39,137 nt of DNA, from assembly GCA_050012475.1 (NCBI GenBank), contig JBEKHC010000041.1:1-39137 (forward strand), in the 5' to 3' direction. The DNA is from Candidatus Velthaea sp. (lineage in GTDB: Bacteria > Vulcanimicrobiota > Vulcanimicrobiia > Vulcanimicrobiales > Vulcanimicrobiaceae). Below the pieces are notes generated by a model. That model made no database searches, had not been told where the DNA came from, and was given only the letters and a program-made list of their open reading frames with translations. Positions 8,382 through 17,446 of the stretch are shown in pieces (within the stretch, counting starts at the first letter, position 1; every line of letters starts with the position of its first letter). A program made the translations under genes and the position numbers.

Positions 8382-9941
8382 TTATTGACCATCGGGCGCA
8401 ATCGTGGCAATGGATGAACCGTCGGGAACTCGCGTATACAGCCGCGCCAACGCTCCGCGAAAAGGAAAACTCAGGGTGAGCCGATATCGGCGGCGCAAAT
8501 AGTCTTCCATGTAGTGGCAGTGATAGTTGTAGTTGAGTAATTGTCCTTCGCGGCACACACCGTCGGTGACGACCCACAAACGGTCGGAGCGAGCACCCAC
8601 GGGATCGAGCACCCGCGCAACGTCGGATTGTGAATCGAGGGTCGTCGCGCGAACGTAGCCGACCGTGAACGGCATCGGATGGGGAATCGGGATCGTCGCG
8701 CCACGCAGATAGACGCCCAGCGGAAACGCAAGCTCGGCCGGAAAAACCGCAATCGGCACGGACGGATCGCCGGTCGAAAGCGTCGCCGCGACGCTTTGCC
8801 AGTCGCCCGGCTTGGCGAGCGGCGCGTGGTATTGCGACCAAAGCTGGCTGACGCTGAACACGGCGAAAGCGCCGATGGCAAGACCGCCCGCCAGCATGCG
8901 CCGTTGGGTGAACGACGAGATCAAAAGGAACGCGGTCAGCAGCGTCGGCGGCGCCAGCACGACGAGGTGGCGAATGAGATCGGCCGGCGCGCCCATAGCG
9001 GCGAAAACGAGGCTGAAGATGGCTAGGCACGTCAGCCAGCCGGTCACCAACGCACGGGCTGGCGAACGCGAGATCGAGGGCCGGCCCAGGATCCACAGTT
9101 CGATCAACAGACCCGCGGCGAAAGCGAAGCCGGCAATTTTGGGCGTGCCCGTCCATGCCATGTCGTGCGGGAGCACGAACACGAAGACGGCGTTGGCCAT
9201 GTCGTGCACGGCGTGGAAAAGCGTCTCGCGCGAAACGAAATCGCTGCTCGTGCGCACGTGCATGAGGGCGACGCCCAAGAAAGGCGCGAACGCCAGGGCG
9301 ACGGCGGTCATCGCGATACTGAAGGCGCGCAGTTCGCGCCGGCGCACGAACAACAGCGTGAAGAAGTGCGCCGCCAACACGAAGCCGATGTAATACTGAA
9401 CGTACAGCCCGACGATCGCGAAGAACGCATAGCAGATTTGGGCGCGCCGTGAGGGGAGCGCGAAGATGAAGCCTTCGTAGAAGGTCCAGGTGAGAATCGC
9501 GCCCACGAGCAGGACGAGAGCGTAGACGCGCATCTCGACGGCGGCCCAGATGAAAATTGGATTCAACGCCGTCACGAGTGCGACGACGTGGGACGGAACC
9601 CGCGGTGCGATCCGGCTCGCTGCTGCGACGACGACTGCCACCGCCGCGGCGGCGAAAAGAACCGACGGAAAGCGGGCAAACGCGATCGACGTTTCGTTGA
9701 TCATCCGCCAGATCGACTCGAGAACGAAATACAGCGGCGGTTGACCCTCGAAGGCGATCGACTGCGCCCAAGCCGTCAGCGGGCCGGCGCCGGTCGTGTG
9801 CAGCGTGAACGCCTCGTCGAGCCAAACGTTCAAGTTGGCCGAAAGCGGAACCGCGATCACGACCAAGATCGCCGCGCCGAAGGCTGCGGCGCGATCGACG
9901 ACTTGCGCTGAGTTCACGCGCAAAGCGGAGCGACTAAACAC
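8382..9941 (-). CDS. GT39/ArnT-like membrane glycosyltransferase
   Basis: WLDEAFT, QPPLYF, ARFPS, EMRVYAL motifs; many TM helices plus a C-terminal soluble domain. Confidence 0.8.
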   Translation of the reverse strand: MFSRSALRVNSAQVVDRAAAFGAAILVVIAVPLSANLNVWLDEAFTLHTTGAGPLTAWAQSIAFEGQPPLYFVLESIWRMINETSIAFARFPSVLFAAAAVAVVVAAASRIAPRVPSHVVALVTALNPIFIWAAVEMRVYALVLLVGAILTWTFYEGFIFALPSRRAQICYAFFAIVGLYVQYYIGFVLAAHFFTLLFVRRRELRAFSIAMTAVALAFAPFLGVALMHVRTSSDFVSRETLFHAVHDMANAVFVFVLPHDMAWTGTPKIAGFAFAAGLLIELWILGRPSISRSPARALVTGWLTCLAIFSLVFAAMGAPADLIRHLVVLAPPTLLTAFLLISSFTQRRMLAGGLAIGAFAVFSVSQLWSQYHAPLAKPGDWQSVAATLSTGDPSVPIAVFPAELAFPLGVYLRGATIPIPHPMPFTVGYVRATTLDSQSDVARVLDPVGARSDRLWVVTDGVCREGQLLNYNYHCHYMEDYLRRRYRLTLSFPFRGALARLYTRVPDGSSIATIAPDGQ

Positions 9942-9986
9942 GCGAAAGGACGCGTCGCCGTGACGCGTGCGGAAGGACCTGCGGCA

Positions 9987-10202
9987 TCATACGGCCTGTA
10001 ATGCTCCGGCGGCCGATTGCTCGGCGCGGTACAGGCGATCGGCACGGATCGACCGCCGTTCGAGCCCCACGGCGATGGTCAACGGAACGATAACGAACAC
10101 AAACGCCGCTACGCCGGCCGCTCCGGCTAGTGCCTTCGGCGACCGATACAAGCGAGGTGTCACGTCGCTCCGCTGCGACTCGACCGGTGGTGCTGTGACC
10201 AT
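9987..10202 (-). CDS. Small single-TM hypothetical protein
   Basis: 71 aa with one hydrophobic segment; AT-rich upstream sequence with TACATT just before the start; co-oriented with the GT gene. Confidence 0.4.
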   Translation of the reverse strand: MVTAPPVESQRSDVTPRLYRSPKALAGAAGVAAFVFVIVPLTIAVGLERRSIRADRLYRAEQSAAGALQAV

Positions 10203-10388
10203 GTTTACAATGTACGCATTTTTTTAACGTCCATTACGAGGCATCAGGCAACGCCCTATAGGACTTCCGGTCCTGTCCCGTTGGGCGATTGGGACGCAAG
10301 TCGTGCGCCGCACAGCGACGTTCCTGCGCCAAAACGACGCGCCCTGCGCGCCGCCGCGCGTTTGTTGATCGTGGAAATCGGTAACGGG

Positions 10389-10417
10389 TTGTCAGCTGCG
10401 AACTAGCTGCGTATTCT
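10389..10417 (+). promoter_or_regulatory. Sigma70-type promoter of the TA operon with a palindromic operator in the spacer; likely leaderless transcript
   Basis: TTGTCA (10389-94), 17 nt, TATTCT (10412-17); GTG start follows after 7 nt; CAGCT-N7-AGCTG at 10393-10409. Confidence 0.65.
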
Positions 10418-10424
10418 AGGTGCG

Positions 10425-10655
10425 GTGAGAGCCGTCGGCATTTTCGAGGCAAAGACGCACTTTTCTGCCCTCGTCGATGATGCCGAGCGCGGCCGATCGA
10501 CGCTCGTCACGCGGAAAGGAAGGCCCGTCGCTCGAATTATGGCAGTCGTCGATCCCAAGCCGCGCGAATTCGGATTTGATGACGGGCTGGGTTCTATCGC
10601 TGACGATTTTGACGCTCAGCTGCCGCGCGACGTGCTCGAGCCGTACCGTTCGTGA
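10425..10655 (+). CDS. Phd/YefM family antitoxin
   Basis: VGIFEAKTHFSALVD..GRSTLVTRKGRPVARI with an acidic C-terminus (IADDFDAQLP). Confidence 0.9.
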   Translation: MRAVGIFEAKTHFSALVDDAERGRSTLVTRKGRPVARIMAVVDPKPREFGFDDGLGSIADDFDAQLPRDVLEPYRS

Positions 10656-10994
10656 TTTGCGCTCGCAATTGGTCGAGCAGCGCGTGCGCACCGTGCTTGC
10701 CGATCCGGCCAATTTGGTCCATGCGTCGGCGGTTTCCACCTGGGAGATCGTGGTGAAATGCGGGTCGGGGCAGCTCGGTCTTTCCGGCGATTACGTCGCC
10801 GACCGGATCCGGCGGGCGGGACTGACGATTCTCCCGCTCGTTCCGGCGCACACGCTGGGCGTGTTGACCCTGCCGCCGCATCACGGCGATCCCTTCGACC
10901 GCCTTCTGATTGCTCGGGCGCAGGTCGAAGCGATGATCTTCGTAACCAACGACCGGATTTCGAGGAATACGACGTCATGCGGCTGATGACGTAA
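10651..10994 (+). pseudogene. vapC: VapC (PIN) toxin remnant: N-terminus lost and C-terminal frameshift
   Basis: SAVSTWEIVVK, HGDPFDRLLIARA and VTND are present. The N-terminal LLDTH strand is absent. The expected tail DFEEYDV lies in another frame ending at 10994. Confidence 0.75.
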
Positions 10995-10995
10995 G

Positions 10996-12048
10996 ATGCA
11001 CGGCGGGCAACCGTTGGGCGCGGAGCGCAGCGGCGTCTTGGCCGCGGGTCATTTCATCGTGGATCGGCTCGTGCTCATCGACCGTTACCCGCCGGAGAAC
11101 ACGCTGGCCTTGATTGAAGGCGAAACCGTTTCGAGCGGCGGCTGTCCGTTCACCGTGCTCAAAGACTTGGCTCTGTTCGGGGCGACATTCGGGCTCGCGG
11201 CGATCGGGGCGCTGGGATCCGACCGCGACGCCCAATGGATCCGCGCCGAATGCGCAGCGCACGGCATCGACACGCGCGGGCTCACGCAAATCGACGGCGC
11301 CACGACGTCCTATACGTACGCGATGACGGTACGGGCCACGGGCCGGCGCACGTTCTTTCATCAGTCCGGCGCGAACGCGCTGCTCGCACCGGAGCATTTC
11401 GATTTCACCGCGAGCAACGCGCGGATCTTCGTCTTGGGCTACCTTACGTTGCTGGAGTCGCTGGACGTGTGGGCGGCGTCGGGCGTGACGGCCGCGGCGC
11501 AGGTGCTCGCGCGAGCCCGTACCGCCGGTTTGACCACCGTCGTCGATTTGGTCAGCGCGCCGAATCCCGACTACCGCGCGATCGTGTGGAGCGCGCTGCC
11601 GCACATCGATCACCTGCTCCTCAACGAATGCGAAGCGGCCCTGCTGCTGAGCCGTCCGGTGGATGCGCAGCCCGGCGATCTTTTGTCAGCGGCGCACGAG
11701 ATCGCTGCCGGCGGCGTCGGCCGGAGCGTCATGATTCATTGCGAAGACGGCATCGTCGGGTTGGATTGCGAGACGGGACAGCACGTCGTGCAGGGCGCCG
11801 TCGCGCTGCCAAGGGCGTTCGTTGCCGGGGCGACGGGAGCCGGCGACGCGTTGACGGCGGGGTACGTTTGGGCGCTGCATGCCGGCGAACCGCTTGCTGC
11901 GCGATTGACGACAGGCGTGTGCGCCGCGGCTGCCTGCCTGGGTGATGCGAGTGCTTCGGGCGGCATCCGGAGCATGCCGGCGTGTTTGGAACTCGGAGAG
12001 CGCTTCGGCTTCCGGCCGTTCCCGGCGCCGGCGCAGGTCACGCGCTAA
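10996..12048 (+). CDS. PfkB/ribokinase-family carbohydrate kinase
   Basis: SGGCP, GRRTFF, GAN, ATGAGDA motifs. Confidence 0.85.
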   Translation: MHGGQPLGAERSGVLAAGHFIVDRLVLIDRYPPENTLALIEGETVSSGGCPFTVLKDLALFGATFGLAAIGALGSDRDAQWIRAECAAHGIDTRGLTQIDGATTSYTYAMTVRATGRRTFFHQSGANALLAPEHFDFTASNARIFVLGYLTLLESLDVWAASGVTAAAQVLARARTAGLTTVVDLVSAPNPDYRAIVWSALPHIDHLLLNECEAALLLSRPVDAQPGDLLSAAHEIAAGGVGRSVMIHCEDGIVGLDCETGQHVVQGAVALPRAFVAGATGAGDALTAGYVWALHAGEPLAARLTTGVCAAAACLGDASASGGIRSMPACLELGERFGFRPFPAPAQVTR

Positions 12049-13346
12049 CGCGGGGCGCCCGCAACGATCACGCAGTTGCGTCCGCCGGCCTTGGCCTCGT
12101 AGAGAGCCTCGTCGGCGCGGTTGATGATCTCTTCGATCGTTTCGTCGGCGGCCAGCGAGGCCGCGACGCCGATGCTGACCGTGCACGGAAAGGCGCCCGG
12201 CTGGTGACCTGAGTCCAAGATGCGTTCGCGGATGCGCTCGGCGATCTGCTGGCCGTTTTCGATCGACGAGGCGGGCAGCAAGATCGCGAATTCTTCGCCC
12301 CCGAAGCGGCCCAGCAGATCGCTCGAGCGGATCTCCGCGCGGCATTCGTTCACGATCCGCTGCAGCGTCGAGTCACCGCCGTCGTGCCCGTACTTATCGT
12401 TGACGGACTTGAAGAAATCTGCATCGAGCAAGAGCACGCACAACGAATCGTTGGCGGCCCCAAGACGCGTCCGTTCGCGCTTCGCATTCTCGAAGAACGA
12501 GCGCCGATTGAGCGCACCCGTGAGCGGATCGGTCATCGCGAGCAGACGCAATCGATCCTCGGCGCGCCGCTGGTCGGTCAGATCGCGGGTGATCACCGAA
12601 AAGCCGATGACGGTCTGCCCGTCTTTGGCGCGCAACACGCCGATCGACGTGCTGCCCCAATAGCGTTTGCCGTCCTTGCGGATGCGCCAGCCCTCGAACT
12701 CGTGCGCGCTATCGCGCAAGGCGAGTTCCAACCGCCGCATCATCGCACTCTTCAACGATCCGTTCGAGGGGAACAGAAAGTCGATGTGGCGGCCCACCGT
12801 TTCGTCGCTGCGATAATCGTCGAGCCGCTCCGCGGCGTGGTTCCAACTGGTGATCGTTCCGCCTTCGTCGACGGTACAGATCGCATAGTCTTTTACGCCG
12901 TCGAGTACCGCGTGCAGCCGTTCCTCGCTGGCGCGAATGGCGAGTTCGCGTCCGGTTGCGGCGGTGACGTCGGTCAGCACCGCAACGTACGATTCGGAAT
13001 CGACCTTCTGCAGCGTCACCGAAAGAATCGTGGCCGCTGCCTTGGGCGCGGGACGGGGCAAAAACACGCGATGTTCTTCGCAGACTTTGCCGATCCGCGC
13101 GGGGAATCGCCGCGCCATCTCGCCGACCTCGGGCGCGAACGATTCGAAGAGATCGAAGAGATTGGTGAGCCGGCCGTCGCTCGAAAGCGGCATGAGCATC
13201 TGCGCGCCGTAGGGATTCATCAAGACGATCGAGCCGTAGGCGTCGAGCTTGATCACGCCCACGGGGCAGAGATAGAGCAGCTGCAGCAGTTGCTCTTGCT
13301 CGCGCTCGCGGGCGGTCACTTCGCGCGAGAGAAGCTCGTCAGACAT
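12045..13346 (-). CDS. PAS-PAS-GGDEF diguanylate cyclase
   Basis: TDPLTGALNRR, DADFFKSVNDKYGHDGGD, RSSD I-site, GGEEF, ADEALYEAK; PAS segment DYAI..WNHAAE. Confidence 0.92.
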   Translation of the reverse strand: MSDELLSREVTAREREQEQLLQLLYLCPVGVIKLDAYGSIVLMNPYGAQMLMPLSSDGRLTNLFDLFESFAPEVGEMARRFPARIGKVCEEHRVFLPRPAPKAAATILSVTLQKVDSESYVAVLTDVTAATGRELAIRASEERLHAVLDGVKDYAICTVDEGGTITSWNHAAERLDDYRSDETVGRHIDFLFPSNGSLKSAMMRRLELALRDSAHEFEGWRIRKDGKRYWGSTSIGVLRAKDGQTVIGFSVITRDLTDQRRAEDRLRLLAMTDPLTGALNRRSFFENAKRERTRLGAANDSLCVLLLDADFFKSVNDKYGHDGGDSTLQRIVNECRAEIRSSDLLGRFGGEEFAILLPASSIENGQQIAERIRERILDSGHQPGAFPCTVSIGVAASLAADETIEEIINRADEALYEAKAGGRNCVIVAGAPR

Positions 13347-13364
13347 CAGAGCCGGCCGCGGCCC

Positions 13365-13705
13365 TTACCACTGGACGGCCAGGTATTGGCGCTGCGGTGC
13401 TTTGCTTTTGAGCGCCGAAGCCGGACCGGACCCTCCAGAGATGGCTCGGTTTCCAAGCGTCCCGCGACGAGAACGTCGTTGGTGCACGGCGCCACGTCGT
13501 CGTTGGTGCACGGCGCCACGTCACTGAAGAAGAAAAGCCCGATCGCGCGCCGGGCCGCGACGCCGATCCCATCGAGGTCCATCGCAACGAGCCCGAAGTC
13601 CAGCTCATTGCAGCGGGCTGGATCGTCGCGCAGAGCGTCGAGCAGAGCAAACAACCCGGGCGCATCGAAGGCGAGGGCCGGCGCCGCCAGGTTCTCATGG
13701 GCCAT
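13365..13705 (-). pseudogene. Photoactive yellow protein (PYP)-like gene, disrupted
   Basis: LDFGLVAMDLDG and FFSDVAPCTN motifs; apparent internal deletions; 24-bp duplication; frameshift separating VRLR from LKSKAPQRQYLAVQW*. Confidence 0.7.
13475..13522. repeat. Perfect 24-bp tandem duplication
   Basis: GTCGTTGGTGCACGGCGCCACGTC twice; encodes DVAPCTND twice on the minus strand. Confidence 0.95.
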
Positions 13706-13757
13706 GCTCGGTATATCGGCGGGGGGCGTCCCCCACGTGAGCAACGCGCGATACGGC

Positions 13758-14813
13758 TTAGGCGGCCGGGCGGGATGCCGCTCGCCGGCGGGCATTGGCG
13801 GCGATCATCGGAATTTGCATGAGCACCACAGCGATGAGGACGCCGCCGCGCGCAACCTGCTGCCAGGCCGGGTCGAGCCCCAGCAAGTTGAAGATATTGG
13901 GCAGGATGCGCACGATGAGCAACCCGATGACGGTTCCGCGGACCGTTCCGACACCGCCCGTCAAGAGCGCGCCGCCGACGACGACGGCCGTGATGGCGTC
14001 GAGTTCGTAGCCCCCGGCGGCGGTCGGAGGCGCCGAACCCTCGCGCGAGGCGTACAACACGCCCGCCAGTCCGGCCAGCATCCCGCTGATCGCGTAAACC
14101 GTAATTTTCACTCGCTTGACGTTCACGCCCAGCAGCAGCGCCGCCGACTCGTTCCCGCCGACGGCATAGACGTGCCGTCCGAACGGTTCGTAGCGCAAGA
14201 CGTACGCGACTCCGGCGAATACCGCGATCGCGATCAGCGCGGCGATCGGGAAGCCGAGAACGCTGCCCGAACTCACCAACTGAAAGCCGAAATCCCGGCT
14301 GGCGCTGACCGGTGCAGCGCCGCTGCCGGTGACCGACCCGCCATTGTACCAGGCCGCGGCTTGCAGCGCGAAGCCGCGCGCGATCGACAGCATCGCCAGC
14401 GTGATGATGAAGGGCGGCACCCGGGTGTAGGCGGCGCCAAGTCCGTTGAGCATTCCGACCCCGCCGCCGACTGCGATCGGCACGATCAGTGCCGGAAGGA
14501 GGCCGTTGTGCGAAAGCGCGGCGGCAAAGAAGGCGCAGAGCGCGAGCACCGAGCCGACCGAGAGGTCGATGCCGCCGGTGAGGATGACGACGAGTTGTCC
14601 GGCCGCCATGATCGCGAAGATCGGCAGCTGGTCGGCGAGGTTCGCGATGTTCTGCGGGGTCAGAAAGTTGGGCGAGAGCACGCCGCACGCGACGATGAGC
14701 AGGACCAGCAGCACCAGCGCGTTTTGGTTGAGCGCGAAGCGGACGATCCGCTCGCCGATCGGCTGCACGCTGCCGGCCGGCGGCGGGACGGCGTTGGTCC
14801 GCTGCAGCGACAC
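13758..14813 (-). CDS. Sugar ABC transporter permease (RbsC/YjfF-like)
   Basis: GGIDLSVGS, PPFIITLA, GRHVYAVGGNESAA, YELDAITAVVVGG. Confidence 0.92.
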   Translation of the reverse strand: MSLQRTNAVPPPAGSVQPIGERIVRFALNQNALVLLVLLIVACGVLSPNFLTPQNIANLADQLPIFAIMAAGQLVVILTGGIDLSVGSVLALCAFFAAALSHNGLLPALIVPIAVGGGVGMLNGLGAAYTRVPPFIITLAMLSIARGFALQAAAWYNGGSVTGSGAAPVSASRDFGFQLVSSGSVLGFPIAALIAIAVFAGVAYVLRYEPFGRHVYAVGGNESAALLLGVNVKRVKITVYAISGMLAGLAGVLYASREGSAPPTAAGGYELDAITAVVVGGALLTGGVGTVRGTVIGLLIVRILPNIFNLLGLDPAWQQVARGGVLIAVVLMQIPMIAANARRRAASRPAA

Positions 14814-15799
14814 TAGTTTTCGCCGCCCCCTTGCAGGATCACGGCGCCGGCGATGATGAGGCCTTGCGCGATCAGCTGCGCTTGGGTCGGCAAGCCGATT
14901 TGGATGAACAGCGCGTAGAGCACGGTGAGGATCAAGCCGCCGGTCAGCGTCCGCCACACGCCGCCGACCCCGCCCAAAAGCGACGTTCCGCCCACGACGA
15001 CCGCGGCGATCGTGGCCAGCTCGAAATAGACGCCGTCGTTGATCGGGTCGGCCAGCGCGTTGTGCGCGGCGAGCAGCAGTCCGGCGAGTCCGGCCAGAAA
15101 GCCGCTAACCGCGTAGACGATGATCTTCACCCGGTCGGCCTCGATGCCGGCGAGGCTGGCCGCGCGTTCGTTTCCACCCACGGCGAACACATACCGCCCC
15201 GCAACCGTCGAGCCCAGCAGATAGGCGGTCAACGCGTAGATCGCGATCAGCAGCACGACGGAGATGGGGATCGGACCGAGCAGCGGCACCGGACCCAGCT
15301 GCCAGGTCGCGAACCCGCCGTAGACTTCATCGCCCAAGTTCCGGACCGCATCGCCCGAGATCAGCTGCGCCAGGCCGCGTGCTGCGATCATGACCGCCAG
15401 CGTCACGACGATCGGTTGAATCCGCGCTTTGGCCACGATCGTCCCGGACAGCGCGCCGATGACCGTCGTCAGCGCGAGCGGGACCGCGAAGAACACGACC
15501 GGCGGGGCGCCGCGCAGCACGAACTGGCCGCCCAAACACGACGCCACGGCCATGAGCGCGCCGACGGAGAGATCGATCCCGCCGGTTAGGATGACCAGCG
15601 TCTGCCCCACGGCGATCAACGCCGTCGTCAGCGCAAAGCTCTGCAGTTGCAGCCGGATGTTCGATTCGGTCAGAAAGTTCGGACTCAAAATCGACGCGAC
15701 GACGACGAGGATGAGCAACCCGATCGGCGCGCCGAACCGGCGCAGCGAGGTCGCGATCGAACTGCGCCGCGATTCGCCGCGCACCGCAACGGCGCTCAT
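14813..15799 (-). CDS. Sugar ABC transporter permease (RbsC/YtfT-like)
   Basis: GGIDLSVG, QPIVVTL, GRYVFAVGGNERAA, FELATIAAVVVGG. Confidence 0.92.
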   Translation of the reverse strand: MSAVAVRGESRRSSIATSLRRFGAPIGLLILVVVASILSPNFLTESNIRLQLQSFALTTALIAVGQTLVILTGGIDLSVGALMAVASCLGGQFVLRGAPPVVFFAVPLALTTVIGALSGTIVAKARIQPIVVTLAVMIAARGLAQLISGDAVRNLGDEVYGGFATWQLGPVPLLGPIPISVVLLIAIYALTAYLLGSTVAGRYVFAVGGNERAASLAGIEADRVKIIVYAVSGFLAGLAGLLLAAHNALADPINDGVYFELATIAAVVVGGTSLLGGVGGVWRTLTGGLILTVLYALFIQIGLPTQAQLIAQGLIIAGAVILQGGGEN

Positions 15800-17307
15800 C
15801 CTTCGGAGATCGCTTTCATCACGCGTTCCTCGGTGGCTTCGCCGCGCACGAACTCACCGAGTTTGCGGCCGTCTTTCATGACCGCGACGCGGTCGCTGCC
15901 TTCGATCACCTCTTCGAGTTCCGACGAGATCATCAAAATGCCCATCCCCGCTTGGCGCGCGAGTTCCGATATCAGCCGCTGAATTTCCAGCTTCGCCCCG
16001 ACGTCGACGCCGCGCGTGGGTTCGTCGAGAATCAACAGCGCGGGCCGGCGGCACAGCCAGCGGGCCAAGATCACCTTCTGCTGATTGCCGCCCGAAAGAT
16101 TCTTTACCGGCGTGGACGGTGTCGGCGTTTTGATGTCGAGCCGCTCGATCATCTCGTCGACCTTGGCGCGCTGCCGCTGTTTTTCCAGCACCCCCAGCCG
16201 GGCAAAAAGCGGCAGCGCAGCGAGCATGATGTTGTCGGCAACGCTGAGGGCCGGAATGATGCCGTCGATCTTGCGGTCTTCGGAGACGAGCCCCATGCCG
16301 GCTTGAACCGCGGTATGCGGACTGTTCGCCTTGACCGGCCGTCCGTTGAGCTTGACCGTGCCGCTGTCGGCGGCGTCGGCGCCGAAGATCGTGCGCGCGA
16401 GTTCCGTCCGCCCCGAACCCAGCAGCCCGGCCAATCCGACGATTTCGCCGCGGTTGACGGTCAGCGTGACGTCGTCGGGCATCTTGCCGCGCGAAAGGTG
16501 TTCGACGTCCAACACCGCCGCGTGCTCCAGGTCGACGTGGGCTTCGCTGAACGCCGTTACGCCCGACGCCCGCACGTCCTCGACCTTGCGGCCGAGCATG
16601 AGCGCGATGATCTCGACCGGGTCGGTTTCGTCGACGCGCAGCGTGCGCACGAGCTTGCCGCCGCGCAGCACCGTGATGCGGTCGGCGAGCGCAAAATTCT
16701 CGTCCATCCGGTGGCTGACGTAAATCAGTCCGACGCCGCGTTCACGCAGCCGCCGAATGACCGAAAACAGCACGCGTACTTCGGCGTCGTCCAGCGACGA
16801 CGTCGGTTCGTCCATCACGACGAGCTTGGCGTCGAGCGAAACGAGGCGCGCCAACGCGACCATTTGCTGAGTCGCCACACCCAACTGCAGCACCGGTGCT
16901 TCGAGGTCGCATTTAATTCCGAAATCGTCGAGCAGTTTGCCCGCTTCGCGCCGCATCGTGCGCCAGTCGACGCGGCGAAAGCTGCCGCGCGGTTCGCGGC
17001 CGAGGAAGATGTTTTCCGGCGCGCTCAGATAGGGGATCAGGTTGACCTCTTGATAGATCGCCCCGACCCCCGCCGCTTGCGCGGCGCCCGGATTCGCGAA
17101 GGCGACGCGCTCGCCGTTGATGCGGATCTCGCCGCTATCGCGTTCGTACGCGCCGGTGAGAATTTTGATGAGCGTCGATTTGCCGGCGCCGTTGTGCCCG
17201 ACGAGTGCGTGCACCTCGCCGCGCTCGACGTTGAAGTCGACCGCGGCCAGGGCTTGAACCCCGGTAAAGTGCTTCGAGATGCCGTTCATTTCCAGGAGCG
17301 TACTCAT
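15796..17307 (-). CDS. Sugar ABC transporter ATP-binding protein (RbsA/YtfR-like)
   Basis: GHNGAGKS, MDEPT, SH, LSGGNQQK, LDEPTRGVDVGAK. Confidence 0.95.
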   Translation of the reverse strand: MSTLLEMNGISKHFTGVQALAAVDFNVERGEVHALVGHNGAGKSTLIKILTGAYERDSGEIRINGERVAFANPGAAQAAGVGAIYQEVNLIPYLSAPENIFLGREPRGSFRRVDWRTMRREAGKLLDDFGIKCDLEAPVLQLGVATQQMVALARLVSLDAKLVVMDEPTSSLDDAEVRVLFSVIRRLRERGVGLIYVSHRMDENFALADRITVLRGGKLVRTLRVDETDPVEIIALMLGRKVEDVRASGVTAFSEAHVDLEHAAVLDVEHLSRGKMPDDVTLTVNRGEIVGLAGLLGSGRTELARTIFGADAADSGTVKLNGRPVKANSPHTAVQAGMGLVSEDRKIDGIIPALSVADNIMLAALPLFARLGVLEKQRQRAKVDEMIERLDIKTPTPSTPVKNLSGGNQQKVILARWLCRRPALLILDEPTRGVDVGAKLEIQRLISELARQAGMGILMISSELEEVIEGSDRVAVMKDGRKLGEFVRGEATEERVMKAISEG

Positions 17308-17382
17308 CGCGAAGCCTCGAGCAGGGTTCAAGTAGTATCGGCTTGGGCGTGGCCGAAACGCGCTGATTGCAGCGAGCGCTAT

Positions 17383-17426
17383 CCGTCAAGGAGGCCGTTG
17401 GGCTCAAGCCCCGCGGCCTCCTACGG
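17383..17426. repeat. Intergenic stem-loop (REP-like / mRNA stabiliser) after the SBP gene
   Basis: AGGAGGCCG...CGGCCTCCT outer stem with an inner GGGCT-CA-AGCCC. Confidence 0.65.
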
Positions 17427-17446
17427 ACGCCCGTTTCGTCGAAGGG

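Noticed and set aside
10245..10300. Alternative short stems and GGGACGCAA resembling a c-di-GMP-I riboswitch
   Set aside because: The GNRA P2 loop and P3 receptor architecture are missing, and the stems are only 5 bp.
13475..13522. Possible CRISPR repeat
   Set aside because: Two adjacent copies with no spacer, inside coding sequence, and no cas genes.
12384..14816. Long antisense or off-frame ORFs (810 aa here; also 26818-29367, 21902-23722, 36663-38471)
   Set aside because: Shadow ORFs of real genes in high-GC DNA, Arg/Ala-rich and without motifs.
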